Assembly: GCA_947628235.1 (NCBI GenBank)
Contig: CANQZC010000006.1
Location: 8,727-72,726, forward strand
Length of the DNA stretch: 64,000 nucleotides
From: an uncultured Bacilli bacterium
GTDB lineage: Bacteria; Bacillota_I; Bacilli_A; RF39; UBA660
Reading direction: 5' to 3'
The translations under genes were made by a program, and so were the position numbers. This document shows, piece by piece, positions 49,305 to 60,136 of this stretch. The notes beneath the pieces are model-generated. The model was not told the origin of the DNA and made no database searches. It worked only from the letters and a program-made list of their open reading frames with translations. Positions within the stretch are counted from its first letter, which is position 1. Every line of letters starts with the position of its first letter.

Positions 49305-50666
49305 TTAAAAACTATAATAATTTTTGGTTTGATTTAATGTTACCTTTTTTAATTCTACCATTTCCTCAATGGTTACAAAAGCGTATCCCTTCTTTTCTAA
49401 TTCTTCCATAGCCAATAAAACGCCTTCAATAGAAGTTTCATAAAGATCATGAAGAAGGATAATCGCTCCATCTTTCGTTCCTTTTAAGATTGCCTCTTTT
49501 ACTTTCTTTTTATTTCTATTTTTCCAATCTAAAGTATCCACATTCCATAAAATAATATTCATATGAGCCATTTCTTTAATATGGTCATTGATATTTCCAT
49601 AAGGTGGTCTTAAAAGAGTTGGTTCTATTCCTAAAACTTCTTCTATCACTTCATTCGTATCTTCTATTTCTTTTAAAAGACGATAATCTGTTAGTTTTGT
49701 TAAACTAACATGAGAATAGGTATGACTCCCAATTTGATTTCCCATTTCATAACTACGAATCAATGTTTTAGAATACTGTTTTACTCTACTTCCTAAGACA
49801 AAGAAGGTAACTCTTGCATGATGTTCTTCTAAGTGGTCTAATAACATCGGTGTATAGATACTAGGTCCATCATCAAAGGTAAACGCGATTAACTTTTTTC
49901 CTTGAAAACTAGATAAGTCTCTTTTTACTGGAGCGCTTACCGGAATCGTTTTTTCATCTTCTTGAAAATATTCTTCCTTTACGATTCCTTTTAAAGAAGA
50001 ATATGGAAGTAAAATTTTGATTTCCCCTATCTCCTCTAAGAAATACTGTTCTGGAAACCAAATTTGGATTCCCTTTTCTTCAAAAGAAAATTTGGAGAAA
50101 GAAAAGTCTTGAATCTTTTTTTCTATCTCTTTTTCATCATATTTTAGTTTCTTTTTTTCTAGATATTGAAAGGCTTGATAATAGACTTTCTTAAGAAAAG
50201 CATCTTTCTTTCCCTCTTCTATGAAATAATCAAGTCCAACGAATTCTTTTGTCTTTTTATCATAGTAATAAAACTCATCTTGATGAAAAGAAGGTTCCTC
50301 GCCAACATAACTGTTGATTAGTAATTGAAGGAAGAAGAGTCCTTCCTTTTCTTCCATGGTATAAGTGGCAGAAAAGTCAAACTTTTCTTCCCCTATCTCT
50401 TTATCCTTTATCTCCTGAAAGAATTCCTCACGATAATAATCTATTTTATCCCGTAACATGGTTTCTACTTCCGTATCAGGAAATTGAGGATACTCTATTT
50501 TAAGGGTATATTTTTCATTTTCTTCTATCACAATAGTATCTTCTTTTTCTTGTTGGTAATTCGAAATAGAAAGGAAAGTAAAAATACCAAAGAGGAGAAC
50601 AAAGAGAAAAGTTGTAGCGATTCCAAGAACAGAAATCCATTTTTCACTATTGTCATTTTGTTCCAT
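49305..50666 (-). CDS. membrane-anchored polysaccharide deacetylase (NodB domain; PdaC-like peptidoglycan deacetylase)
   Basis: N-terminal TM, DUF4163/DUF3298-like region, then NodB motifs FTFDDGP, HSYSH, LLHD. Confidence 0.75.
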   Translation of the reverse strand: MEQNDNSEKWISVLGIATTFLFVLLFGIFTFLSISNYQQEKEDTIVIEENEKYTLKIEYPQFPDTEVETMLRDKIDYYREEFFQEIKDKEIGEEKFDFSATYTMEEKEGLFFLQLLINSYVGEEPSFHQDEFYYYDKKTKEFVGLDYFIEEGKKDAFLKKVYYQAFQYLEKKKLKYDEKEIEKKIQDFSFSKFSFEEKGIQIWFPEQYFLEEIGEIKILLPYSSLKGIVKEEYFQEDEKTIPVSAPVKRDLSSFQGKKLIAFTFDDGPSIYTPMLLDHLEEHHARVTFFVLGSRVKQYSKTLIRSYEMGNQIGSHTYSHVSLTKLTDYRLLKEIEDTNEVIEEVLGIEPTLLRPPYGNINDHIKEMAHMNIILWNVDTLDWKNRNKKKVKEAILKGTKDGAIILLHDLYETSIEGVLLAMEELEKKGYAFVTIEEMVELKKVTLNQTKNYYSF

Positions 50667-50688
50667 TGTTCTCCCTACTTTCTAATTT

Positions 50689-51663
50689 CTAGTTTTGCAT
50701 TCTAATTTGTTGCCCTTCTATCAATGGATAATTGACTAGCGTTTCTCCTTCTAGATTCTCTTTATACATATCTACACCAGTAATCTGACTATTCTCATAA
50801 GTACGATAGTAATAGATTCCTTTATCGACATTGACACAAGAACTATAGATAGTAATTTCATATTTTCCTTCGCCCATATGAACACATCCTCTTTGTTGTT
50901 CTACGGAAGTTAAAATATGAAAAAATTGACTGATACTAGCAGATTCTGAATCATCAGATAAAGAGTTCATCTTCGTAAAAGTAGCTTTTACAAATCTAGA
51001 TAGAGAAGATAGATCTCCAGGAAGTCCCATGGCTCCCATACCTCTACTATAAGCATCGAATTCTAATTTTTTAGAAAAATGATTTTCTACTTGTTCAGTA
51101 GATAAATACATATAATTATTTAAATTGAACATATGAATATCAAAAGTTGGATTATTCGTTAAAATACCAACCGGATTATCATATACCTTTAATCCGTCTT
51201 TGACACTTTCTACAGTAATAGAATGTTCCTTATCGGCAATAATCCAATGAAGTGGAGAAGCTGGTAATTGTTCACTGAATGGGATATTCACTAAATTCAT
51301 TTTCTCTAGTAATTTTTTAGCATCTTCAACGGTTTCACATTGCGTCAATATCCAAGGAATAAATTCAAAAGGTGCGACATTATCTTTTCCCTCTACTATC
51401 TCTTTATAATCTGCATTCTTAGGAAAATTAAGGCCTGCCATACCAAGTCCTTTTTCATTTACAGCATCATAATAAAGAGGATAATCTTCACAAACATAAG
51501 CCATTCCTATCATCGCATAATGAGTATCCATCTTTCCCATTTTTCGGAAAGTAAAAGGATAATTTCTAGGCGTAATGGTAACGGTTTCTTGATAAGAATA
51601 TTCCAAATCTAAGTTTCTTCCAAAATAATGATCTTTAGTAGCGTAAGTAGCTGCTGTACACAT
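50689..51663 (-). CDS. choloylglycine hydrolase family Ntn-hydrolase (bile salt hydrolase/penicillin V acylase)
   Basis: MCTAATY... (Cys2 nucleophile), ...FGRNLD..., ~324 aa. Confidence 0.85.
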   Translation of the reverse strand: MCTAATYATKDHYFGRNLDLEYSYQETVTITPRNYPFTFRKMGKMDTHYAMIGMAYVCEDYPLYYDAVNEKGLGMAGLNFPKNADYKEIVEGKDNVAPFEFIPWILTQCETVEDAKKLLEKMNLVNIPFSEQLPASPLHWIIADKEHSITVESVKDGLKVYDNPVGILTNNPTFDIHMFNLNNYMYLSTEQVENHFSKKLEFDAYSRGMGAMGLPGDLSSLSRFVKATFTKMNSLSDDSESASISQFFHILTSVEQQRGCVHMGEGKYEITIYSSCVNVDKGIYYYRTYENSQITGVDMYKENLEGETLVNYPLIEGQQIRMQN

Positions 51664-51707
51664 AAATATACCTTCTTTCTAATCTCTTTTATTATATCAT
51701 ACTTTTC

Positions 51708-52595
51708 TTATTTTCTTCGGATTTTTATAACATCTTCGGAAGAAAGATGACCTACTAATAAAGAGGAATTAGGATCATGATGAAGATGGTTTTCTTTTAC
51801 CTTTTTCTCATCATAGTTTGCATAACAATATTTACAAAAATGAGGACAAGAATTATAGACTCCCACATCTACCATTTCCACACAAGCGCAGTTGCCCCCT
51901 TTTCTAGCCTTCCAAGTCGGATACTTTTTTCCTGTCATCATATAAGCGAATTCATGAGAAAGACATTCCCCTTTTACAAATCCATATTCTTCTAAAGTCT
52001 TCTTTTCAAAACAAGTCTGAACTGTCATTCCATGCGAAGAAGCACTCTTAGAAAAACTTCGTCCTAACTCTTCATAATCCTTTTCTTGCCATTCTTGATA
52101 CTGAATAGAAGAACGATTCTTTTTAACATTTTGATATTCATCTAAAAAAGAAATAATGATTTTTTGAACACTTCCCTCTAATAGCGTACAAAGATTAGAG
52201 AATGCTTTCTTATGATATTCTAAGTTATATTTTTTACTTAAAAAGACCGGATCGTAACGCACAACTACATTTTCATTTCCTAATCTTTTTGATAATTCTC
52301 GAATCGCATCAATCACTTTTCCTTTCGGAGGAACATTCGGTTCTATATCTTTTTTATAAGGAGTTAAAGTAACATGAAAAAGAATCGGTTTAGGAATTTC
52401 GGATAGATGATTTAAGATAGGAAGAGGATTCTTTGTACAAAAAAGAATCATATCGACATCTTTAAAATAAATACGACTTACTAAAGATGGATGAATAGGA
52501 TTTCTCACATCTAGAAAACCTTCTTGGATACGATTTAAAAACCATGGTGTATAAAACGCTACAACATCTGTTCTTCCACTAACATTTAAAATCAT
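51708..52595 (-). CDS. DUF1848 family protein with C-terminal cysteine cluster
   Basis: VVAFYTPWF N-terminus; CACVEMVDVGVYNSCPHFCKYCYAN. Confidence 0.55.
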   Translation of the reverse strand: MILNVSGRTDVVAFYTPWFLNRIQEGFLDVRNPIHPSLVSRIYFKDVDMILFCTKNPLPILNHLSEIPKPILFHVTLTPYKKDIEPNVPPKGKVIDAIRELSKRLGNENVVVRYDPVFLSKKYNLEYHKKAFSNLCTLLEGSVQKIIISFLDEYQNVKKNRSSIQYQEWQEKDYEELGRSFSKSASSHGMTVQTCFEKKTLEEYGFVKGECLSHEFAYMMTGKKYPTWKARKGGNCACVEMVDVGVYNSCPHFCKYCYANYDEKKVKENHLHHDPNSSLLVGHLSSEDVIKIRRK

Positions 52596-52646
52596 ACTAT
52601 CACCTAGTCCTATTATATCATGAAAAAAAGAGACTCCTTGTCTCTT

Positions 52647-54461
52647 TTAAAATAATTGATTTACAAACTTAATATATTCCTGAATAATGTTACTTGTTTT
52701 ACTTTCATAGATAGTATTTTTAGCAAGCGTAATATTATCTGTAATAATGTTATCTACTTTTAAATCAATCATTTTTTCCATATTTTCTTTCGTATTAACT
52801 GTCCATGCATAGATTTCTTTTCCTTCATTATGCACTTTCTTTACTAATGTCTTCGTAATAGAGGATGCTTCTACACTAAAGCTATCTGCTGCGGTTAATT
52901 TCGTAATATCACCGTATGCTAAACTCATAACATAGACAGTCTTTATCGTTGGATCTACCTTTTTGACATTCTCCAATACTTCATATACTTGAGAAGTAAT
53001 GACAGAAGACGAAGCATAATGATATTCATTGACTAAATCCACCACAGATTTTTCAAAATCTACTTCTTTTCCGGTTGGTTTTAATTCAATATTCAATTTC
53101 ATATTATTTTCTTTCGCAAACTCTAATACTTCTTCTAAAAGAGGAATCTTTTCTCCCGCATATTTCTTATCAAAGAAACTACCAGCATCTAATTTTTCTA
53201 TTTCTTCATAAGTAAGTTCCCAAGTGTTTTTGTTTACTCCTGTTGTCCTTTTTAAATTGGTATCATGAAGTACGATAATCTTTCCATCTTTCGTCTGTTG
53301 AACATCTAATTCAATCCAATCAGCACTTAATTCCTGCGCTCCACGAAAAGCACTCATCGTATTTTCTGGATAAAGAACAGACGCTCCACGATGAGCTGTT
53401 ACCTCCATAGTTCTTACATATTCAATTTGAAATTGATATCTTCCGGTTGCTACCGAATAAGTAAATAAAGTACCACTCAATAAAGTAAGGATGGCAAGAA
53501 CATATTTTAAATTTTCTACTCGGCTAGAAATTTTACTTTCTTGATGAGAAGAAATCGAAATAGGCACTAGTTTTTCTTTTATCTTCTTTTTTCTTTCATA
53601 GTATAAAACACTAATCATCGCATAACTAACTGGTGTCGATAGAAGTGTTACAACGATAAAAGAAAAAGCAATTAACATCCAAATAATCGTAATGGTAAGA
53701 TTACCAAAGAGATTTAAATTTCCAAATATTTTATGTAGGAATAAAATAAGGAAAACTCCTACCAAGATAAAAACTAAATAAATTACAAATAGGAAAAATT
53801 GCGTCAAAATAATACTGACGAAATCTTTTACGCGATTGCCATGACTAAGATGAATACTTTTCTTTCTAGATTCTTTAAAATCACAGTCTTCTAATACAAA
53901 ATAGTGGATGACATAAAGCCATCGATAAAGAAGAATAGTAAGTCCAATTAAAAAAAGAAAATAAAGAATCGATAAAATGGTATTATGGGCAATATAATCA
54001 CTGATAAATTCAGGAAGCGAAATTGTTGAAATAAATCCTGAAGAAACGCCCATATTTAAAAATGGTATTAAAAAGAGAATCAAAAATGGAAGTCCAATAT
54101 TCTTTCTTTGAAATACTCGTTTCGATTTCTCTAAAGCAATCGTAAAGGCCTCTTTCATAGATATCTTTTTTTCTTGATAAGAACTATCTAAAATGACAAT
54201 GATGGTACTGATATCAATAAGTGCATAAAAAGTTAGAAATATCAGTAAAATCAGAAGAAATAAAATGGTCAAAGGATTGATTAAAAAAGAAAGGAAATTC
54301 TCAAAAGTAAGATAAGAATATCCACTGAATTTAGTAATCCATCGAAAACAAGATAAGAATAGTGGAACAAAAATAATCGTTGAAAGAAGTTTATATACAA
54401 ATTCAAACGCTAATAAAGTTTTAACATTATATCCTAATATTTTTTTTACTGTTTTACTCAT
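52647..54461 (-). CDS. membrane-bound glycerophosphodiester phosphodiesterase (GDPD with N-terminal multi-TM domain)
   Basis: VTAHRGAS...ENT..AF (GDPD His/Arg/Glu), ELDVQQTKDG..VLHD; 7-8 N-terminal TM helices. Confidence 0.8.
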   Translation of the reverse strand: MSKTVKKILGYNVKTLLAFEFVYKLLSTIIFVPLFLSCFRWITKFSGYSYLTFENFLSFLINPLTILFLLILLIFLTFYALIDISTIIVILDSSYQEKKISMKEAFTIALEKSKRVFQRKNIGLPFLILFLIPFLNMGVSSGFISTISLPEFISDYIAHNTILSILYFLFLIGLTILLYRWLYVIHYFVLEDCDFKESRKKSIHLSHGNRVKDFVSIILTQFFLFVIYLVFILVGVFLILFLHKIFGNLNLFGNLTITIIWMLIAFSFIVVTLLSTPVSYAMISVLYYERKKKIKEKLVPISISSHQESKISSRVENLKYVLAILTLLSGTLFTYSVATGRYQFQIEYVRTMEVTAHRGASVLYPENTMSAFRGAQELSADWIELDVQQTKDGKIIVLHDTNLKRTTGVNKNTWELTYEEIEKLDAGSFFDKKYAGEKIPLLEEVLEFAKENNMKLNIELKPTGKEVDFEKSVVDLVNEYHYASSSVITSQVYEVLENVKKVDPTIKTVYVMSLAYGDITKLTAADSFSVEASSITKTLVKKVHNEGKEIYAWTVNTKENMEKMIDLKVDNIITDNITLAKNTIYESKTSNIIQEYIKFVNQLF

Positions 54462-54470
54462 GATTTCAAC

Positions 54471-55031
54471 CTAATCTTTTTTACTAATTTCTAATCCATC
54501 CTGAAAAGCATTTCCTACTCTATTACCAACTTGATAATAGCCATGCGTATAAGGATCAAAAGCAATTGCTTGTAGTTTTTCGATATCTACATTATCTCCT
54601 GTCATAACACTTTCTTCTGCTGATACAGCAACTACTTTACCAACAACACCACAATCTTGATACTCTACAAATTCACATTCTAAACAAATTGGAAATTCAT
54701 TGACGATAGGAGCATCTACTTTTTCTGATTTCGTGACTGTTAACCCACTCTTTTCAAACTTTTGAGGAGTCGTATGACCAGATACCATTCCAAAATAATC
54801 TGCTTCTTTGACATGCGAAGCATCGGCAATACTAACTGTAAATGCCTTTCTATGACGAATATTTTCTACGGTTTTATGAGTTTCTGTTAAATTTAAAACG
54901 ACATAATCCCTTTCTAGCATCATTCCCCATGCCGCATTCATAACATCTACACTACCATCTTCATTGTAGGTTGCTATCATCAATACGGGCATTGGAAAAA
55001 TAGCTTCTGTTGTTTTGATATTTTTTTTCAT
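54471..55031 (-). CDS. flavin reductase-like (flavoredoxin) domain protein
   Basis: Start at ATG 55029-55031 with AGGTGG RBS; PMPV.MIAT...GS....A.W motif. Confidence 0.65.
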   Translation of the reverse strand: MKKNIKTTEAIFPMPVLMIATYNEDGSVDVMNAAWGMMLERDYVVLNLTETHKTVENIRHRKAFTVSIADASHVKEADYFGMVSGHTTPQKFEKSGLTVTKSEKVDAPIVNEFPICLECEFVEYQDCGVVGKVVAVSAEESVMTGDNVDIEKLQAIAFDPYTHGYYQVGNRVGNAFQDGLEISKKD

Positions 55032-55086
55032 AACTAATCCACCTTTCCTTTCTAGTATATCATAAAAAAAGAGAATGGTATCCTTC

Positions 55087-55683
55087 TTATGGAATTTCAT
55101 TCCCTTCTAATATTTTTAACCATTCTTCTACTTCTTCTTTAGATACATTACTGCTAAATCGTTTTCCTTCCTTCCAAGTTCCTACTTTCGCAAGTTCTTC
55201 TAAGTTCTTCGCACTATCTCCTAATTCAGAAGAGGCAGAAGTACAAAAAGGAATTATTATTTTTCCTGTAAAGTCATTTTCTTGAAGAAAGGTACGAACT
55301 GGCCAAGCCGCATTCCCCCACCAAATTGGATATCCTAAAAAGACAATTTTATAATCTTCCCAATGTGGAACTTCTGTACTTTTTAAAGGTATCTCTTGTT
55401 TGGAAGAGTCTTGATGTTCCATAGATACTCTAGAGGATTCATTCGTCCAATCTAAGTCTTCTTTTGTATAGGGTTCGATAGGTTCTAATTCAAAAAGATC
55501 AGCATTCTCTTTATTCGCAATGATATTCGCTACTTTTGCCGTATTACTAGTCGCTGAAAAATAAACAACTAAGATTTGATTTTTCTCTTCGGTTTCTGGC
55601 TTGGTAACCTCTACTTTTTCTTTTCCACATCCAACAACACATAAGAGGAAGAAAAGAAAAATACTAAGAACTCTTTTTTTCAT
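55087..55683 (-). CDS. flavodoxin-like (Flavodoxin_4) lipoprotein, predicted extracytoplasmic
   Basis: Lipobox LCVVGCG; LVVYFSATSNT FMN-binding P-loop-like start. Confidence 0.65.
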   Translation of the reverse strand: MKKRVLSIFLFFLLCVVGCGKEKVEVTKPETEEKNQILVVYFSATSNTAKVANIIANKENADLFELEPIEPYTKEDLDWTNESSRVSMEHQDSSKQEIPLKSTEVPHWEDYKIVFLGYPIWWGNAAWPVRTFLQENDFTGKIIIPFCTSASSELGDSAKNLEELAKVGTWKEGKRFSSNVSKEEVEEWLKILEGNEIP

Positions 55684-56194
55684 AGACCTTTCCTCTTTCT
55701 ACCCAGCAGACAATTTTATCTTCTGAAGTACCTAGATGAGAACCACGAATCGCTAATCCTTCTTCCACCAAGGCAGCTGGACATAATTCTTGTAATTGAT
55801 AAGGGATATTTGCTAAACCAGATCCTTCATGCGTAACGAAAGGACGAATTCTTTTTCCTGTCAAATCTACTTCTTTTAAAGCCGTAACCATTTCTTCTGG
55901 CATATCTCCCCAATAAACAGGCGCTCCCACATAGATAGTTTCATAACTAGAAAGGTCAGGTACTCGTCCTAAAATAGGTGCAGAATGAGTCTCTTGTCTT
56001 TGTTTTGCTTCCTCAATACAAGTCGCGTAATCTTTCGCGTAAGGAATCGCAGGTTCCACTTTAAATTTATCACAATTTAAAATTTGACTAATTGTTTCTG
56101 CTACTACTTCTGTATTTCCTTTCTCTAAATAACCAACCGCATAATTTTCATCAGCTCTACTAAAATAAAGAATAAAATTATTTTTCTCACTCAT
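55664..56194 (-). CDS. flavodoxin-like (Flavodoxin_4) protein, cytoplasmic
   Basis: ILYFSRADENY; start at ATG 56192-56194 with GGGAGG RBS. Confidence 0.65.
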   Translation of the reverse strand: MSEKNNFILYFSRADENYAVGYLEKGNTEVVAETISQILNCDKFKVEPAIPYAKDYATCIEEAKQRQETHSAPILGRVPDLSSYETIYVGAPVYWGDMPEEMVTALKEVDLTGKRIRPFVTHEGSGLANIPYQLQELCPAALVEEGLAIRGSHLGTSEDKIVCWVERGKVYEKKSS

Positions 56195-56254
56195 TATGGT
56201 TCCTCCCTTATTTTCTACTATCATTATACCACGAAAAAAAGGAAAAATTTTTTC

Positions 56255-57205
56255 CTATTTCACAAATCCTGATATTTCTTGAAGTGCATAAGTAGCTGCT
56301 AAACTACCATCACCAACAGCAGTAGTAAGTTGTCGTAAGTCTTTTTCTCTCGCATCTCCAACCGCATAAATACCTTTTGTCTTAGTAAGAACTTCCTTTG
56401 TTGTTTGAATATATCCCTTTTCATTTAAGTCTACTACATTCTTAAAAATTTCATTTTGAGGATCTTGACCTATCGCTACAAAAAGACCATCTAAAGGAAG
56501 TTTTATCGTTTCCTCTTCTTTTTCTAAGGTAATCGAAGTTAATTTTTCTTCGCCATGAATCGCTACCACTTTCGTATTTAAAAAGAATTGAATATTTTCT
56601 TTTTGATGAAGTTCTTCTAATTTCTTCTCTTCACCACGAAATTCTTCTCTTCGATGAATCACATACACATGAGAGGCTAAATCTGATAAATAAAGAGCAT
56701 CCTCGAAAGCAGTATTTCCCCCACCTACTACCGCGACTACTTTTCCCCGATAGAAATTTCCATCACAGGTAGCACAGTAAGAAACTCCCTTTCCAAGAAG
56801 TTTTTCTTCTTCTTCAAATCCTAGTTTTCTATTTTGTGTCCCTGGCGCTAGAATAATAGTAATAGCTTCATACTCTCCACGATTAGTCGTTACTTTTTTA
56901 TTTTCTTCTACCTTTAGAACCGTTTCATACTTAATTTCTACTCCTAAATTTTTTACTTGTTCATATAGAGTAGTTGCAAAATCAAACCCTGTAATTCTAG
57001 AAATTCCAGGATAGTTTTCAATTCTACTAGCATTGATAATCTGTCCACCGTAACTTTTCGATTCTAGGACTAATACTTTCTTATTGGCCCGACCTAAGTA
57101 TAAAGCACTAGTTAGTCCTGCTGGTCCTGCTCCGATAATAATGGTATCGTACATAGTAACCTCCTTATTGATAATTTCGAATGACTTGATATTCTTCATG
57201 GTCAT
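56255..57205 (-). CDS. trxB: thioredoxin-disulfide reductase
   Basis: GAGPAG FAD site, redox-active CATC, GGGN NADPH site. Confidence 0.9.
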   Translation of the reverse strand: MTMKNIKSFEIINKEVTMYDTIIIGAGPAGLTSALYLGRANKKVLVLESKSYGGQIINASRIENYPGISRITGFDFATTLYEQVKNLGVEIKYETVLKVEENKKVTTNRGEYEAITIILAPGTQNRKLGFEEEEKLLGKGVSYCATCDGNFYRGKVVAVVGGGNTAFEDALYLSDLASHVYVIHRREEFRGEEKKLEELHQKENIQFFLNTKVVAIHGEEKLTSITLEKEEETIKLPLDGLFVAIGQDPQNEIFKNVVDLNEKGYIQTTKEVLTKTKGIYAVGDAREKDLRQLTTAVGDGSLAATYALQEISGFVK

Positions 57206-57722
57206 CGGCTTTTAAATATCCTACAGAAATTCCTTTACCATTATGGCTCGTCACATCTTTTTCAGAAGATTGAATCGCGTCTTCTACTAATTTTTGGGCT
57301 TCTTCCATCGTGATTTCTTCGTTATTCGCACGAATTAATAAGGCCGCATAGGCAGCTACTTGAGGATCTTCCGCATATTTTTTATCGACATAAATGCGCA
57401 TGGAACGAACGATATCTTCCTCCTCCGATTTTTGTTCATCTAATGGAAGAACGACGAGTTGAATTCCATCCGTAATAGGATACCAATAAAGGCCATTTTT
57501 CTTAGTTGCTTCCCCTTCTACTGGACCTAATCCAGAATTATCAATAATCATTTTATTTAGTTGTGATAAAAGTGTCGCTACGGTCTTTTCTTCTACACTT
57601 CCTATGTTAGATTCTTCTACCTTTTCTTCTGGTTGTTTTTCTTCTTTCACTTCTTCTATCGCACATCCAAATGTCATAAAACAACAAGCAAACATCAATA
57701 TTAAAAGGAATGTCTTTTTCAT
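57165..57722 (-). CDS. hypothetical lipoprotein
   Basis: Start ATG 57720-57722 with AGGAGGGG RBS; signal + lipobox (MFACCFMTFGCA). Confidence 0.5.
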   Translation of the reverse strand: MKKTFLLILMFACCFMTFGCAIEEVKEEKQPEEKVEESNIGSVEEKTVATLLSQLNKMIIDNSGLGPVEGEATKKNGLYWYPITDGIQLVVLPLDEQKSEEEDIVRSMRIYVDKKYAEDPQVAAYAALLIRANNEEITMEEAQKLVEDAIQSSEKDVTSHNGKGISVGYLKADDHEEYQVIRNYQ

Positions 57723-57775
57723 TTTTTCCCCTCCTATTTTCATTATATCATGAAAACAAGTAAATCTAATTGGAT

Positions 57776-58351
57776 TTACTTGTTCTTTTCGGCAGTTGAC
57801 ACTTCCGTAACAATCTCATTTATCGGTACATCTGTAGGACTAGTAGGAAGAAAATTATCTTTTAAAATTTGTTCTTCAAAACAGACAGCGATACTTTTCG
57901 CACTTACTCCTTTTAAGAAACGATCATAATATCCTTTGCCATATCCTAATCGATTTCCGTTTTTATCAAAACATATCCCTGGAACAATAATCAAATCAAA
58001 CATTTCTTTCGGAAGAAATTTTTCTTCTTCTCCGATTGGTTCTTCTACGCCAAGAGAACTTTTTTGAAAAGGTTCTTGCAAAGAAGAAATACGATAAAAC
58101 TTTAATTCATTGCCTACTACTTTAGGAAGTCCTACTACCTTTCCACTTTGAAAACTACTTTCCATCAGTTCTTGCGTATCTACTTCCGTACCAAAACTTT
58201 TATAGAAAGCAATTACTTTTGCTTGTTGATAATCTTTCCTATTCTTAATCTTTTCCGTAATTAAATGGGATTTTTGCTTAGGAGATTTCACATTTTTACG
58301 AATTTCGAGATACTTTTGTCTAAGTTCTTCCTTGGAAAAATAAGAAGTCAT
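57776..58351 (-). CDS. 5-formyltetrahydrofolate cyclo-ligase
   Basis: 191 aa; K..R..LR.... N-terminus and GxGxGYYDR C-terminal motif (GYGKGYYDRF). Confidence 0.75.
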   Translation of the reverse strand: MTSYFSKEELRQKYLEIRKNVKSPKQKSHLITEKIKNRKDYQQAKVIAFYKSFGTEVDTQELMESSFQSGKVVGLPKVVGNELKFYRISSLQEPFQKSSLGVEEPIGEEEKFLPKEMFDLIIVPGICFDKNGNRLGYGKGYYDRFLKGVSAKSIAVCFEEQILKDNFLPTSPTDVPINEIVTEVSTAEKNK

Positions 58352-59214
58352 TTTTTCTCCTTCTTCTTTTGATTTTTTCTTCCTGCTTTGATAATCTTAC
58401 GGTTAGACTTTTCCTTGATTTCTTCTATTTTCCGTTGAAATTTTTCTTCCGCATGAGCAATCTTTTCTTCTGTTTTCTTCTTAATTTTCATTTGTTTTTC
58501 ATTATATTTTTGTCTTTCTTCCTCAACTCTTCCTTTTACTTTTTCTAAGGCAGTGCCAATATGTTGAAAGTTAGGGTATGCCGAAAATAATCTTCGTTTT
58601 AATCTACCACCGGTTCTAATTGTTTCTAAGACCTTTTTAGAAATTTCCTCGGTATTATCCTTTTCAAATAGTTTTACATCATTTCGAATATGCGATAATA
58701 CCCGGAAAGATATAATATTATCTGTAAGAAAAATAAGAAGCAAAAGAACGGTCGAAAAAGATAACCCAAAAGAAGAAAAATGACTATAAAAATCTAGTAA
58801 GACAGGATTGATAAAATGAACTACGAAAACGCCACCGAGGCCAAAAGGAATTAACGTATAAAGAGAAATTCTTCCATTGACATTAAACTTATCATTACTA
58901 TAATCCCACCATCTAGCATGAAATATTTTCTCCATCAAATAACTTGTTACATACTCTAGAATAGCGCAGATAATCATTCCTAAAAAGAAAAGCGCTACCA
59001 TATCATCTCTATATTTATGAAGAAAAAGAATCATCAAAATAGAACCCCATCCATAGATAGGACAATAAGGGCCAATTAAAAAACCACGGTTAATAAATTT
59101 CTTTTTCTCAAAGAGTTGAAGAAGAACTTCCGCACACCATCCAAAAAAAGAATAGGTAATAAATAATAAGAAAAATATTTGTAATTTATGAATCATAAAA
59201 ACCTCTACTAACAA
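58348..59214 (-). CDS. hypothetical polytopic membrane protein with lysine-rich coiled C-terminus
   Basis: 288 aa; GW/GP-rich TM region. Confidence 0.45.
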   Translation of the reverse strand: MLVEVFMIHKLQIFFLLFITYSFFGWCAEVLLQLFEKKKFINRGFLIGPYCPIYGWGSILMILFLHKYRDDMVALFFLGMIICAILEYVTSYLMEKIFHARWWDYSNDKFNVNGRISLYTLIPFGLGGVFVVHFINPVLLDFYSHFSSFGLSFSTVLLLLIFLTDNIISFRVLSHIRNDVKLFEKDNTEEISKKVLETIRTGGRLKRRLFSAYPNFQHIGTALEKVKGRVEEERQKYNEKQMKIKKKTEEKIAHAEEKFQRKIEEIKEKSNRKIIKAGRKNQKKKEKK

Positions 59215-59266
59215 AAAATATCCTTTTCTTATCTCCTATTATATCACAAAAAAGAGAAGAGATTTC

Positions 59267-60136
59267 TTACTCTTCTCCCATTCTTAAAACTTTTAACTTT
59301 TGATTTGCTTTTCCAATCATGTAGATAGACATTCCTGTATTGATTATACATACCACAAATCCCATAATACTAGTCATTATCATTTTAAATTCATTTTCAT
59401 TGGTTCCAAATTGAGAAACCATAGCAACTTCTAAAGAAATCATCGAAATCATAGCGACCGTTAAGTTAATACATTTAGTAGATGCTAAAAGTGGACTATG
59501 ATTTTTTCGATATTTGATAACATTAACAATCGCACTGATAATTAAATAAAAGTCATACATAGCAACTATATAGATAATAAATCCGGCATAGGTTATCTTC
59601 TGATTTTGTCTAATAATTAAAACAATCATACCCGTCAATATTAAGTTTAGGAATAAGAGAATGATACCAGTTGATCTTAATTTTTTATATTCATTTTTTA
59701 ATTTTTTGCCAACTTCCTTTTTGATATCCTTTACGATAGATAATTTCATAAAGCATAAAATGAGATAGTAAACTGCAAAAGTAATAAACCACCAAGATTG
59801 GTAATAAACTCCCGCCCCTAATTTAAAAATACCATAAATGAAATGAAGAAAAGTCGCTAAAGAGAGAGCTATTTTGGTGATGAAAAGTTCTCTTTCTTTA
59901 TAGAAATGATAGGATTTCGATTTTTTAATCGCATGATGACCAAATTGACATATTTTATAAAACCAAATACAAAATATAATTAAGGCATAGGTAGATAAAA
60001 GATAACTGATATAAGCAAGTGGAGTATCTTCTAGATGAAAAGAAAAAACATAAATAAGCAATCCAAAAGCCACATTAAATATGATAAATCCAATGATTTT
60101 ATTAGGAATAAATAATTTACTTAGTACCTTTTTCAT
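59267..60136 (-). CDS. hypothetical membrane protein (8 TM)
   Basis: 289 aa hydrophobic ORF. Confidence 0.45.
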   Translation of the reverse strand: MKKVLSKLFIPNKIIGFIIFNVAFGLLIYVFSFHLEDTPLAYISYLLSTYALIIFCIWFYKICQFGHHAIKKSKSYHFYKERELFITKIALSLATFLHFIYGIFKLGAGVYYQSWWFITFAVYYLILCFMKLSIVKDIKKEVGKKLKNEYKKLRSTGIILLFLNLILTGMIVLIIRQNQKITYAGFIIYIVAMYDFYLIISAIVNVIKYRKNHSPLLASTKCINLTVAMISMISLEVAMVSQFGTNENEFKMIMTSIMGFVVCIINTGMSIYMIGKANQKLKVLRMGEE

